Of a stretch of DNA of 64,000 bases, positions 14,329 through 34,902 are shown one piece after another (within the stretch, counting starts at the first letter, position 1; each line of letters opens with the position of its first letter). A program made the position numbers and the translations under genes. Origin of the DNA: the human T2T-CHM13v2.0 reference genome, Homo sapiens. The DNA lies in the NCBI RefSeq assembly GCF_009914755.1, contig NC_060926.1; one strand, given 5' to 3'. The notes under the pieces were generated by a model, which worked only from the letters and a program-made list of their open reading frames with translations, ran no database searches and was not told the DNA's origin.

Positions 14329-14660
14329 TCAGACTTCGATTTGTACTAATTTATTATTTTGCTGGCTACACACAAAAGGAAATATTGGTGAGCCTATCAG
14401 AAAAGTCTATCAACAGCATTAACCTTCAATTAAAAGGATCTCATGAACTAAATTCTGGTTAGCCTACTGCAACTATATAAAACTGGCTTCTTCACTCTCA
14501 CTCAAACCTATTTGCAAACACTCAAACCTATTTGCAAATGCACAAAGTACTATGTGAACACTGTTAGCACCTTGCAGAGTAGCTAGAAGGTCCTCAATAA
14601 GTATTTGCTGAATTAATGAATAATTAAGAATCTTAGCAAGCGTTAAGAATTGCTATTCAT

Positions 14661-14961
14661 GGCTGGGTGCAGTGGCTCACGCCTGTTATCTCAGCACTTT
14701 GGGTGGCCAAGGCAGGCAGATTGCTTGAGGTCAGGAGTTCGAGACCAGCTAGGCCAACACGGCGAAACCCCATCTCTACAAAAAATACAAAAAGTTAGCC
14801 AGGCATGGTGGCACGCACTTGTAGTCCTAGCTACTCAGGAGGCTGAGGCATGAGAATTGCATGAGCCTGGGAAGCGGAGGTTGCAGTGAGCTGAGATCAC
14901 ACCAGTGCACTCCAGCCTGGGCGACAGAGCAAGACTCTGTCTCCAAAAAAAAAAAAAAAAA
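14661..14961 (+). mobile_element. Alu
   Basis: Dimer, TSD aagaa(t/c)tgcta(t/c)tcat. Confidence 0.95.
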
Positions 14962-15080
14962 GAACTGCTACTCATATGTTTGTATTTGTACTCTGCATTG
15001 CACTCTGAACATTTCTTAATACTTAGTGTTGAATTTTTAGTTTGCTTTCATATAACTAAAACTCTTTATGTCCTCCTAAT

Positions 15081-15563
<483 letters not shown>

Positions 15564-15836
15564 AACACGTATTGAATACAGAAAAAAAAATCTGTAAGAC
15601 ATAGAAACTCAAAGTTGAAAGGATCCTCAAAAGTTATCTAGTCAAACTAAATAGGATTAACTGCTCAACATCTCATCTAAATCTGAAAGAGAATCTACCA
15701 GAGCTTTTTTTTTTTTTTTTTTGGTGGGGGGGGTGGTCTGCTGACTATATTCTTGGCTTGGGAGTAATTCGGACTGATAAATAGTTAAACTATAAAATCT
15801 GAATTCTAGGTAGTATCTTGTAGAGTTGAAGACATT

Positions 15837-16220
15837 TGTAGAACAAGTTACTACAGCTGACCAGTATCTGGTTCTCCTCTCCTCCCTAGGTACACAGAAG
15901 GCTATTCAGGCTTGAAATTAGGTGGGGCTGTGAGGCAGGTGGTATGTGTCATTTCTGAACCAAAGCACAGAAGAATGGCTCTGAGCTGTCCCTACGCTTT
16001 CTTCCCCTGCTGCAGCAATGAGGAGGGCTCGTGTGAAGATGGTGGAGCCACAAGAGTAAAGCAGCCTACACCATCGAACCACTGCCCAGGTTGGCTGCTC
16101 CAGTCATTCCAGTCCACAACGGACTGGGTGTGAGTAACAAACAAACATTTATGAGCTGAACCACTGAGATCTGGTGGTTAATCTGCTACTATATTATTAC
16201 TCGTGCTATCCTGAATATGT
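15837..16220 (+). mobile_element. Old MLT1 (MaLR) LTR
   Basis: gaagatggtggagccacaaga; ccactgagat. Confidence 0.7.
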
Positions 16221-16665
16221 AATATTCATATCCCAGGACCCAGTAGTTAGCCTCCTACCTTACAGGATTTCTCCATACAAGAATGCTCAAAGCAGCACTG
16301 TAGGCTATAGTGAAAAATCGGAAATAATGTCCAGCAATGAAGAATGAATTACTCGTGGTAAAGTCATTCAATGGAATACCATTGGAGATTTTGGATAAAT
16401 TTCAAAAACATATTACTTAATAAAGTAATAAACTTACAGAACGACATGTAGAGCATGACCATTTATATACAGTTTTAACATATCTGATTTTTATAGATGT
16501 ATAAATATCTAATAAAAGTAGTTTAAAAAGTATAAAATCATGAATACCAAACAAATGATAGTGGCTACCCTTTGGGAAAAGGAAAGCGTGATTAGATGAG
16601 GAAGAGGGACACAGGAGACCACAGTTTTATCTACAATGTTTTATTCATTTTTTAAAAAAGATCCA

Positions 16666-17019
<354 letters not shown>

Positions 17020-17650
17020 TTAGCTCTCAGTCCCAGCTGCATTTTTACTTAAATTTCTAACAGAAAACTCGATATGGGGAGGGCTTTTTAAATAGAAGAA
17101 ACGTGAAGTCAGGTTCACCCAAAGACAGGGAAGTGGAGCCACAGAAAGGCCTGGAACCTCTGAAGGAGGGGTGAGAGGTTGCATTAAGATAAGAGGACTG
17201 GTTGAAAGAATGGATAAGAAGCAGCAAATTCCCACCCAATCCCCACCACCTCCAGCCACACTCCCAACACCACATTGCCAGATGACTACTCCTTTCTAGG
17301 CCCACCAGGAAACCAGAGGTTACTCTCAAGTCAAACTAAGCAGAAAGCCCCTGAGCTCAGGAGCCCCAGGTGGAGGCAGGGGTATGGAGCCTGAATGAAA
17401 ACGAAGAGATTAAGTGAAATTCTATGCTAAAACTACTGGATTCTCCAACATACTTCTCCTGGTCAGGATTCACAGAACTTTTGACCCCAGAACTGTATCC
17501 TAGATATTAATACATAGAAACTCTCATGCAGCTCCATGGGGGAAACATGCCATACACTGTGGCATTATATGTGGAGGCAGAGGTCTAAAAGCAACCAACG
17601 TGTCCACCTCAGGGAGAACGGACAGGTAAAATGCTGTTCACAATAGCACT

Positions 17651-17996
<346 letters not shown>

Positions 17997-18199
17997 TAAA
18001 TAAATATCTTAAAGGGACATACAGAACAATACTTTTTAAGAACGTATGCTAACAAAAACATACACGACGAGCACATTAGAATGGTTATCTATAGGGGAAA
18101 AGGTGACTCGAGTGGGACATTTCCATAAAGGGGAATTTTAAAAAATATGATAAATAGCACAAATAAAATGGTGGAAAAAGTCCACATATCATAGTAATG

Positions 18200-20800
18200 A
18201 TGTTAATAACAAATGTCTTAACCAATTTTAAAAAACTGAAAAATACAGACCATTTTCCAGACTAAAAGTAAGTTATAAATTAATAACAAAAAGGCAACTA
18301 GAAAACCTCTATATGTTTGGAAATTAAGAAAGTATACTTCTCAAAGAAGAATCCTAACATAACTTGGGAAATATTTAGAAGTAAACAACAAAAAATATTA
18401 TACAGTAAAACTTGGGTAATACCCAGATAGGGTTCAGATACATTTACAGCCTTAAATGCTTCTACTAGGGGGAAAAAATAAAAAAATTAAAAAACCTGAA
18501 ATGAGTAAGCTAACCATGCCTTTAAAGAAATTAGAAAAGGAGTCTGGGCACGGTGGTTCACGCCTGTAATCCCAGCACTTTGGGAGGCCAAAAGGGGGTG
18601 GATCAAGAGGTCAAGAGATCAAGACTATTCTGGCCAACATGGTGAAACCCCGTCTCTACCAAAATTACAAAAATTAGCTGGGCGTGCTAGCGCATGCCTG
18701 TAGTCCCAGCTACTCAGGAGGCTGAGGCAGAAGAATCACTTGAACCCGGGAGGGGGAGGTTGCAGTGAGCTGAGATTGCCACTGCACTCCAGCCTGGCGA
18801 CAGACTGAGACTCTGTCTCAAAAAAAAAAGAGAAAGAAAAAATGCCATAAATACACGAGAGTGGAAATAAAAAAGGCCCATTAGCACACATACTGTGGAC
18901 TTACAAAGACAATAAAATATTATGAACGTTGTATCAATAACCTTTAAAATTGAGAGAAAATTAATAAATTCCTACCAATACAAAATACTCCAAGGTAACT
19001 TCAAAAATAAATAAACAATAAAAATAGTCTAATTGTTTTTTAAAAATGGAATTACCAGTTAAAAATCTTCCCACAAAGAAATCTTCAGGCTTAGATGGCT
19101 CCATTAGTGAGTTTCATAAAAAATTTACAAAGAAAATAACCCTTCCAAATCTTGAACAAGCTCTTCCAAAAATATGAAAAGAGAGAATGCTCCCCCATTT
19201 TGCAAGAATCACACACTGGGTGATAAAAACAACAAAATAAAAATAACCCCCAAATCTAGGGAAGTTACAGGCCAGTTTCACTCAAAAACATAGCCAAAAT
19301 CTAAACAAAATATTAGCAAACAAAACCTAGCAGTGTATTCAAACAATGGCCAACTCAGATTTATTCTGGGAAGGTAAAGATGATGCTAAAAAACAATTAA
19401 TGTAATTCACTACAATAACAGAATAAAGAAAAAGTCTTTGATCATCAATAGAGAAAATCATATAATCATCTCAATACAGAAAAACTCTTTGATAAAATTC
19501 AGCATCCATTCATGACAAAAAGAAAGCATTTTTATTTCTAGCAAACTAGAAATAAAAGGGAACCTCTTAAACCCGATAAATAGTTTCTACAAAACCTACA
19601 TCAAATAACATACTAAATGAATGCTGAAAGCATTCTCTGTGGGATTAGTAATAACACAAAAATGCCTTCTAAACCACTTCTATTCAGTATTGCACCGGAG
19701 GGGCTAGCCAGCATAGTATGCTGCTAGCCCTGCAAAAAGTATGATTAATTTTCAAAAGTATAAGGTACAGAAGGGAAGACACAAAGCAGTCATTATTTGC
19801 CGATTATATAATTATTTATAGAAAATTCAAAAGAATCTGAGTATAAGGTACCAGAATTAACGAACAATTTAAGCAAGATAACTACATAGACAGTGGACTA
19901 AAATACAAAAACTATTTGCATTTCCATACACTAGTAACAAACTGTTAAGAAATATAATTCAGAAAATATTCCATTTGCATAACAGCATACGCTTACCAAA
20001 ACACATCGAATTGTACACTTAAAGTAGGTGTATTTTATTGCATGTAAAGTATATCTTAAATAGCTGTAGGAAAAAGGACACTACTGATACTTTTTGTAAC
20101 AGCAATTACAAATGTCAAGTGACATGAGAGTTAACCTAATATATAAAGACTTTCCTGGGGAACAATTATAAAACTTTACTTAAAGGTATAAAAAGATATT
20201 TAAATAAATGCAAAGACACATTCATGGAATGAAAGCTTTAATACCAGAAGGATGTCAATTCTCCCCAATTTGATCTTTAGATTCAGTGAATCTCTGATCA
20301 AAAATCTCAACAAAATGTTATGAGGAACTCAATAAGATGAGTCTAAACTTTATATGAAAGAGCAAAGAGCTAATAATAGACAAGACACTCCAGAAAAAGT
20401 AGATTACTTAGTTCCTTATGGTAATTAAGACAGTGAGATATTGGCATAGGGATGGACAATTTGACCAAAGGAGCAGAATAAAGAAACCAGAAGCCAGCCT
20501 GTGCGTATTTGGAAACTTCATTTTTGACAATGGTGGCATTGTAGTCAGTGGGGAAATGTTGAATTATCTAATGAATGACCCTGAGACAAGTTATTATTCA
20601 AATGCAGAAAGCGAGCGGCTGGGGAAGAGAACTGGATATTCTACATCACATCACACACAAAAATCCATTCCAAATGAATTAAAGACATATGTGAAAGGGC
20701 CATCTTTAAAACCTAAAGAAAAAAGTAAGGAGAAAACCACTATAATGTTGAGAGGCAGGCAAGGAAAAACACGACCCAAAAGGGAAAAAGGTTAACAGAT
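18200..20800 (+). mobile_element. Decayed L1M ORF2 (split by an Alu)
   Basis: ORF 20418..20795 VIKTVRYWHRDGQFDQRSRIK resembles L1 ORF2p; tttgataaaattcagcatccattcatg. Confidence 0.85.
18541..18842 (+). mobile_element. AluSc-like
   Basis: ggtcaagagatcaagac; cctggcgacag. Confidence 0.9.
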
Positions 20801-21453
20801 TTAACAAAAAAAAAAATTGCATTATGGGGAACAGATAAACTGTGCTATGGAACACTGTGTAGGGGTGGGAGACATCTTTTTTCCCAAGAAGAAGAAAGCA
20901 ATGAGAAACCGCAGGAAAAACAACAACTGTACAAGAAAATCAATCCAGTTAAAAATTCAATAGGAATGATTTTCGGTAATCAATGGTAGGTAAGAAAGAA
21001 GAGCCCAGTGAACTCCAATGAGACAGTAACTGCACAAAAGGATCCACAGAATTGCAGCACACTATGTGACTGTGTAATGAAGGATACTAACTGTAAATGC
21101 CATTATTTGGCTTTATTAGATTTAACCCTTGATCAATCTCAGAAGACTTAGTTATGGTTATCGAAGAGAATAGAAACATTCTCAGCTTTGACAACATAAA
21201 AATAAGGGCACAGATGGCAGACGTTAGGAGGCAAAGGAAAAGTAGACAGAAGGTGCTAATTTTCTGTTTACAAAGTGGAAGTCAAAAAGAAGTTATTAAG
21301 AAATAGAGTTTTTAAAATATTATTTAAAATTAAAAAGGTAACCAACTTAAAAATGGTGATATAATTATGAAAAACAGGGATGGGTTGGTATGTAGAGTTA
21401 GAGATGAGGCTGATTCATTACACCACAAAAGTAAGTCAATAATGTCTAAAACT

Positions 21454-21774
<321 letters not shown>

Positions 21775-23264
21775 TCAAGAAATGGTGCTCCAAACATATT
21801 ATTTAGAAATACAGAGATAACTATTAGTAGATTTAAAACCCAAAGGACAGCGAAGTGTGGGAGGGTATGTTGCATTCATTATAAGCTCTTATGGATGAAT
21901 GAATTTGTAATTCACATGCATGGATTATTTTAATAAATATAAACAGGTATCTAAATAATTGAAAGAAAAAAGGAAAAAAGATCAAGATTCTCTAGAGCTC
22001 ATTTAGTCAAACTACCTTCCATCAGGGAGGTGAAAGAAAATGAATGCCCACTCCAACAGAAAAACTTCTGACACCTGATAAAGATTCGTGATCCAAAACT
22101 CTACCAAATTTATTCATCAGGGAAGCATAGTATCATCATTTAATTCAGAGTGAAGAAAGCAGTTTACAGGCTGAATCTTACCCTTCACTGTTTCTCTTCC
22201 TCCCTACTTTGTTCTTTCTCTATTTCTCAACTTTATTGTTCTCCTCTAGCTTTGCTTTACTAGCATGAATATTCAACTAAATACATATAAATAAATACAT
22301 ACAAAATACCAGTTTTATTTGTAGAATATAGTCTTATGTTTCCTAATTTTCCCTCAATACAAAAAACAGCAAATTAAGTTGATTTTCATTTCCATGTTGT
22401 CTACATTAATTTAAGTCCCTATGGGCATTACTGCTATAGAGAAAAAGATCTCTGCCACTGATTTAAGGAATGAACCCAAAATCACAAAAGGCAGCCCAGC
22501 TAAAACCAGAACAATAATGGCTCTTCAATGGGCTCATGTTTCTGGAGGCTGCCATATTACTCAGGCTTCAGCAATCAGGAGCTAGATTTCCATGTGGACA
22601 CTTAACGGTGATTTACAGAGAAGAAAGCTTGAAGTCTTAAGTTCCCACAAAAGAAAGTAAAAACCTGAGAAGTTGAATGGTCATGTTAAGTGATCCCTGG
22701 TTTTGATCCACAGGAATTTCACAAGGCCCCCATTTCAGTGTGATCCACATGCACATCCAGGGGTATACTTACACTATATGTGCAAGGTCAAGTGGTTTCT
22801 CTGGTTGCTCAGGAAAAACAGGATGCGGGGGTTCTCTCGTGGGTACACACCCCAAAGATTTACTAATTGCATGGCTCAGCTTCTTTGCAGGAGATTTCTG
22901 TGTCAAAGCAGAAAATAGTAAGGAATTAACCCTTCAAAAGAATGAAAGGAACTTCAAAAAAGAAAAAAACTTTGTGACAAGAGTGTAAAAACATCTTTTC
23001 AAATACAAATCAAGTTTCATTACATCAATATCATTGGGCCTTTCAGAAAGGAACCTCCAGTTGTTCCAAGGTCATCTGTGGTCCTTCATTTCTGCAGTTC
23101 CTCCCTCATGTTTACTATAAAGTCACACTATCAAGTAATGTCAACTTTCCTTCTGGACATCTCTATGTACTCTTGGCAAGAACTCCCTCCTTTGATGCTT
23201 CTGGATCCTTTTTGCTAAGATGTTAACATTAATTTCCTGATCAGAGTCGGAACTTTTTGATGGA

Positions 23265-23566
23265 GGCCAGGCACGGTGGCTCATACCTATAATCCCAGCT
23301 CTTTGGAAGGCCAAGGTAGGTGGATCACCTGAGGTTGGGAGTTTGAGACTAGCCCAACCAACATGTTGAAACCATGTCTCTACTAAAAATACAAAATTAA
23401 CCAGGCATGGTGGTGCATGCCTGTAATCCGTGCTACATGGGAACTGAGGCAGAAGAATTGCTTGAACCTGGGAGGCGGAGGTTGCAGTGAGCCAAGATCA
23501 CGCCATTGCACTTCAGCCTAGGCAACAAGAGCAAAACTCTGTCTCAAAAAAAAAAAAAAAAAAAAA
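23265..23566 (+). mobile_element. AluS
   Basis: TSD gaactttttgatgg. Confidence 0.95.
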
Positions 23567-24044
23567 GAACTTTTTGATGGGCTACGATACTAAAAGGCTA
23601 AGAGCACACAGCTTATGGATGTTAGCAAATTAGCTAAGTAAGTCACATCCCCAAGATGTTAGGATATTCCCAAATAAACATGAGGCAGAACATTTGATAT
23701 TAGGGGTCTGGTTATGCAGTCAGATACAGATACAGAGTACATTCACAATACACAGGCAGCACCAGACCCAGGACTCTATATTACAAAAATAAGTTGGCAT
23801 ACCAATACATTCTTCTGGAAGGTAGAATAATATCCACCAAAGACTACCAAGTCTAAGATTTAATCATAAATAAGCACAAAAGTAAGCAACATGCCACAAT
23901 TAGGTTACACAGAACATTCACTTCTAAAACTCATATTTAAAGGAGGCTCCTTTTATACAGATTATACCGTCCACCCAATTCCCCTAAAATAACACTGTTA
24001 TCTGAGATTTTCTTGGCAGGATATTAACTGTAAAAAAGTTTAAA

Positions 24045-24204
24045 TATTTCATTCTGCTGCCTCTGCAGTTTATTATCATATGTGCCACTTTAATTGGAAA
24101 ATAAAACATGGCTGCAGCTGTCTGCCTCATCAATGCCACGTCCCCAATAGACTTCTATATGCTGCTTGTTGTAGTATTTTAACACAAAGTAAAAATCTGT
24201 TTGC
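24045..24204 (-). ncRNA. Candidate terminal exon
   Basis: Acceptor ctatatggtctttcag|G at 24204; AATAAA at 24074-24069; 3' end estimated. Confidence 0.4.
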
Positions 24205-24341
24205 CTGAAAGACCATATAGGCACAGTTAATGAATACTTTATAATAAAGACTAAATAATACAATTTCTTCAGAAACTTCGTATATTGGCTCCAAATCACC
24301 TTCTACTATTCCCGTCAACATACTAAATTCTGGGAAAACTT

Positions 24342-24645
24342 GGTCAGGCACAGTGGCACACTCCTATAATCCCAGCACTTTGGGAGGCAGAGGCGGGTGC
24401 ATCTCTTGAGCCCAGGAGTTTGAGATCAGCCTAAGCAACGTGGCGAAACCCGGTCTCTACAAAAAGTATCAAAAAAATTAGCTGGTGCGGTGGCATGTGC
24501 CTATAATCCCAGTGACTCGGGAAGCTGAGGTGGGAGGATCGCTTCAGCCCGGGCCGACGAGGCTGCAGTGAGCTGAGATTGTGCCAACTACACCCCACCC
24601 TGGGCGACAGAGTGAGACCCCATCTCAAAGAAAAGAAAAGAAAAA
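24342..24645 (+). mobile_element. AluJ
   Basis: TSD attctgggaaaa. Confidence 0.9.
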
Positions 24646-24759
24646 CATTCTGGGAAAAGTCTAGATGTAACCTAATTTCCTGAAAGTATATAAAACGAAA
24701 CATAGAAATTCTCAACTTCTCCCCTAACTTCTTTCCATTTTCCTTTTGCCCAACAAGTC

Positions 24760-25225
24760 GTGATGTGACGCTGATTCTTCCCCTATTAAAACCGTTTCTG
24801 CACTGCCCCCAGAGATCATGTCACTCTTCTGCTTAACATCCATCAAAGGCTGATAGTCACTTACAGAATGAGATCTAAATAAATGCCTTCATTTTCCATA
24901 CAAAAGCTTTCACACCTGACTCCTGCCTCTCTCTCTTTCTACTTCCCACTCACGTTAAGTGATAAGCTGCTCACAGTTGACTCAAAATACACTGTGTTCT
25001 TTTAGGTCTCTGTATCTTGGCATGTGCCTTTCCCAGGTCTCCCTTTCCCAATCTATCTTTCTGTACATTTTTTTCTCATCTCTCAAGCCTGCTGGTCAGC
25101 ATCCTTTCCTCTGTGAAGACTTTCCTCACTGCTCCATACGACAGCAAGTGCCTTTCCAGGCTACCCATTTACCTGTACCTGTTTCCACTGTTGCACTCAC
25201 CATGCTATACTGCTGCTACACTGCA
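24760..25225 (+). mobile_element. L2 fragment (continues at about 28341-28440 after the Alu/SVA nest)
   Basis: catgtcactcttctgcttaa; ctgtgaagactttcct; resumes ...cttattcatctttgtat. Confidence 0.7.
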
Positions 25226-25253
25226 ATTTTTATTTTTATTTTTATTTATTTAT

Positions 25254-28340
<3,087 letters not shown>

Positions 28341-29390
28341 CCATACTGCAATTTTTAATTTGTTTGTCCATCTCTGTTATACTGCTGCTTCTGAGGGGTA
28401 GGATCTACATCTTATTCATCTTTGTATTTGAACAAATTATTTACCTAGATGAATTTTCCAGATTGCTTTTACCTACCTAGTAAAACCATATAAATCTTTT
28501 TTTTTTTGAGGATTACAAGTAGATGCAATCAGAGGACATCAAAGAGAACACCTTACTTTTACCTTTATAATGAAACACTGCATCTGTCATCCATGTATTA
28601 ATTTCATGATTTTTTGCTATATCTGCCATTAATTCATGCAATGTATGTGAAATGCATTATCACACAGACTACTTTAGCTCCATCCTAAAAATAATAGCCA
28701 TGAAATAGAAAGGTAAAATCAATACATCAAGATGAATTCCAAATAATTAAGGCACATCAAGGGCAGCTTGGTATGTATGGGAAGGAAAAAAGACTGAAAT
28801 AAAGACATGTAATTAGAGTATTAACTAAGGCCTAGGAGAAACCAAAAAAGAGATTACCCTAAAAATTTTAAAACTATGTATCCAATTAGGTTGTCTAAAC
28901 ACATGAATAAGGGATTTCCTTAAAAGATCTCAGATTATGACTTGGACCTGAAGTGAATTTTGATAATGAGTTAGTTTAGGAGGCTACTATAACAAAGTCT
29001 CTAAGCAAGAGTTTGAAAAATGCTGTGTCATGACAGGGGCATTAGCTCTTCTGTCCAGTCAGCCCCTAGGACAAGGCCCCAGACTTGAGAGTGGATGACT
29101 AAAAATTTAAGGAAGCAAAGAGGGAGCGAGGACAGAAGAAGAACACTACAGGTGCGGGACCCAGAGTCTCCTTCACTTCATTTAAGCTCCTATATCAGAG
29201 ATGCTCTTTAAGGTCTCTGTACTTTCTCCCAACTTGCACTCTAAAACTGATTTAATGGAGAGGTCTTAACGTAGAAAGTGAAATATTCTCTAAATACTCT
29301 TAGGCAATGATTTTAAATACCGTAATCCCCTTTACCTAATTTCAAAACATTTCCTATCCTCTCTTAAAAATACTACAGGTTATATTTTTA

Positions 29391-31700
<2,310 letters not shown>

Positions 31701-31771
31701 TACAGCAGCCCTGCTCTTTTTTTATAAGTTGTGATAAAACATACATAGCATAAAATTCACCATCGCAATCA

Positions 31772-31835
31772 TTTTATTATTATTATTATTATTTTAGAGA
31801 CAGGGTCTCGCTGTTGCCCAGGCTGGAGTGCAACG
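31772..31835 (-). mobile_element. 5'-truncated Alu 3' end
   Basis: (TTA)n + gagacagggtctcgctgttgcccaggctggagtgca; TSD caatcattt. Confidence 0.85.
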
Positions 31836-31863
31836 CTCAATCATTTAAAAATGTACAGTTCAG

Positions 31864-32472
31864 GGCCATGATGACAATGGCGGTTTTGTAGAATAGAAAA
31901 GGGGGAAAGGTGGGGAAAAGACTGAGAAATCGGATGGTTGCTGTGTCTGTGTAGAAAGAAGTAGACATGGGAGACTTTTCATTTTGTTCTGTACTAAGAA
32001 AAATTCTTCTGCCTTGGGATCCTGTTGATCTATGACCTTACCCCCAACCCTGTGCTCTCTGAAACATATGCTGTGTCCACTCAGGGTTAAATGGATTAAG
32101 GGCGGTGCAAGATGTGCTTTGTTAAACAGATGCTTGAAGGCAGCATGCTCGTTAAGAGTCATCACCACTCCCTAATCTCAAGTACCCAGGGACACAAACA
32201 CTGCGGAAGGCCTCAGGGTCCTCTGCCTAGGAAAACCAGAGACCTTTGTTCACTTGTCTGCTGACCTTCCCTCCACTATTGTCCTATGACCCTGCCAAAT
32301 CTCCCTCTGCGAGAAACACCCAAGAATGATCAATTAAAAAAAAAAAGAAAACAAAAAAAAAAAAGAAAAGCTAGATGATATAGAATATTCATGGTATAGA
32401 AAATAATGTAGGTACTAACAAGGTTGAGGCAAGTTCTACAGCAAGAATAAAGTTCACTGCTTTTATTGTCAT
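31864..32472 (+). mobile_element. 5'-truncated SVA (SINE-R only, SVA_C/D-like) with ~100-bp 3' transduction
   Basis: SINE-R 31864-32334, A-tail 32335-32369, unique 32370-32472 with AATAAA at 32446-32451; flanking TSD aaaaat..tacagttcag. Confidence 0.9.
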
Positions 32473-32496
32473 AAAAATATATATATATACAGTTCA

Positions 32497-32820
<324 letters not shown>

Positions 32821-33399
32821 CAAGTACAGTTCAGTAGGGTGAAGTATATTCACGTATATTCATGTTGTTGCGCAACCAATCTCAGGAACGCTTCATCTCA
32901 TAGAGCCGGAAGTATTTGAAAAATGCCCTTTGCCCCCTCCCTCCAGCCCCTGAAAACTGCCAATGGACATGTAGGATGCTTCTGTCCCTTGGTTATCATG
33001 AATAGCGTTGCTATGAACATGAGTGTACAAACATCTCTTTGAGACCCTGCTTTCAATTCTTTTGGTTATATACCCATAAGTGGAATTGCTGGATTATATG
33101 GTAGTTTTGCTTTTAACTTTTTGAGGAACCACCATACTACTTTCCACAAAAGTTGCACCATTTTGAATTCCACCAATAGTTCACAATGGTTACGATTTCT
33201 TAGGGTCGCCAATAAAATGTTGAATAAAAGTGGAGATAACAAGCCTTCTCGTTTTGTTTTCAATCTTAAACCTTTTCAACATTTTGCCAGTAAATGTAAG
33301 AGATGCTATCAGATTTTACAAATACTTTACATTAGGTTAAGGGAGTTTCTCCTACCCATGGATTACTAAGGTTTTTGTTGTTGTTCTGTGTGTGTTTAG

Positions 33400-33579
<180 letters not shown>

Positions 33580-34592
33580 TGAGTCTTTTGAGATAATTAT
33601 AAGGATTTAATCCATCAATCTATGAATGTGGTAAATTATAAGAATACACCCTTAATTGCTGAATAAAACCAGTGTGGTCATGATATATTATTTTTCCTAA
33701 CCACTGCTGAATTGAGTTTTCTACTATCTTCTTCATGTTTTCATTTATATTTGTAAGAAGAGAATGGCTTGTAATTTTCCTTTTCTTGCTGATTTTTAAG
33801 ACTTTGGTACCAATGTTATTCCCTCTAGCCTCAAAAATGAAACTGGGCATGCTCATTACTTCCTACAGAATCTGGGAAATTTTGTATAATACTGCAATTA
33901 TTCTTTTATTTGAATGTTTGCTGAAATTCACAAAAAGTCACTCAGGCCTGGTTGTTTCCTTTGTGTAAATATATTGAGCAAATTCAATTTCTTTAATAAT
34001 TATGTTATTATTTGGGTGTTCTATTCCATCTTGAATCGGTTTTGGTAAGCAACGCTGTTTTAGAAATTTGTTAATTTCAACTTAGCTTTTAATAACCAAA
34101 TGTACAGTTCTTTTCTTATCTTTTTATCCTTGATTTCCCAGAGAATACAGTCTATATGATATTATACTAATTCTTTTTTGAGGCTTCCTTTATGTGGTCA
34201 ATTTTTGTGTATTTGAAAAAAAAATGTGCAATCATTCATTGCTGGATATGTTAAAATTATCCAGTTTGAAAATGTATTTCTCAATCTCACTGTGTTCCTG
34301 TTAACTTTTAATTTATATATCTGTAGAATTGTTAATTTTGTCTTTTTATCTTTGATAAACCATCTCTGGTAAAGACTTTTTAAATATGATAAAAATATAC
34401 AAAGTCTAAAGTTTACCATTCTAACCTCTCTGGTAAAGATTTTTGCCTTAAAATCCTTTTTCTAAGACTAATATACTTTCAACAAATTTGTTTTGATTAG
34501 TACTTGGCCTGGTATGTCTTTTTTATTCTTAACTTACAAGTTCTCTGTGTCCTTATTTTTTGGCTGTCTCTTGTAAACAGCATAGAGACAGG

Positions 34593-34902
34593 TTTTTTTT
34601 GTTTTGTTTTTTGTTTTTTTTTTGAGACACAGTCTTGCTCTGTCGCCCAGGCTGGAGTGCAGTGGCACGATCTCGACTCACTGCAACCTCTGCCTCCCGG
34701 GTTCAAGTGATTCTCTGCCTTAGCTTCCCGAGTAACTGGGATTAGAGGTGCGCGCCACCACGCCCAGCTAATTTTTGTATTTTTAATAGAGACAGGTTTC
34801 ACCATGTTGGCCAGGCTGGTCAGGAACTCCTGACCTCAAGTGATCTGCCCACTTCGGCCACCTAAAGTGCTGGGATTATAGGCATGAGCCACTGCGCCTG
34901 GC
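34593..34902 (-). mobile_element. AluS
   Basis: Full dimer. Confidence 0.95.

Noticed and set aside
31860-32168. 102-aa ORF (and 25664..25912)
   Set aside because: Translations of SVA SINE-R/VNTR sequence, not host genes.
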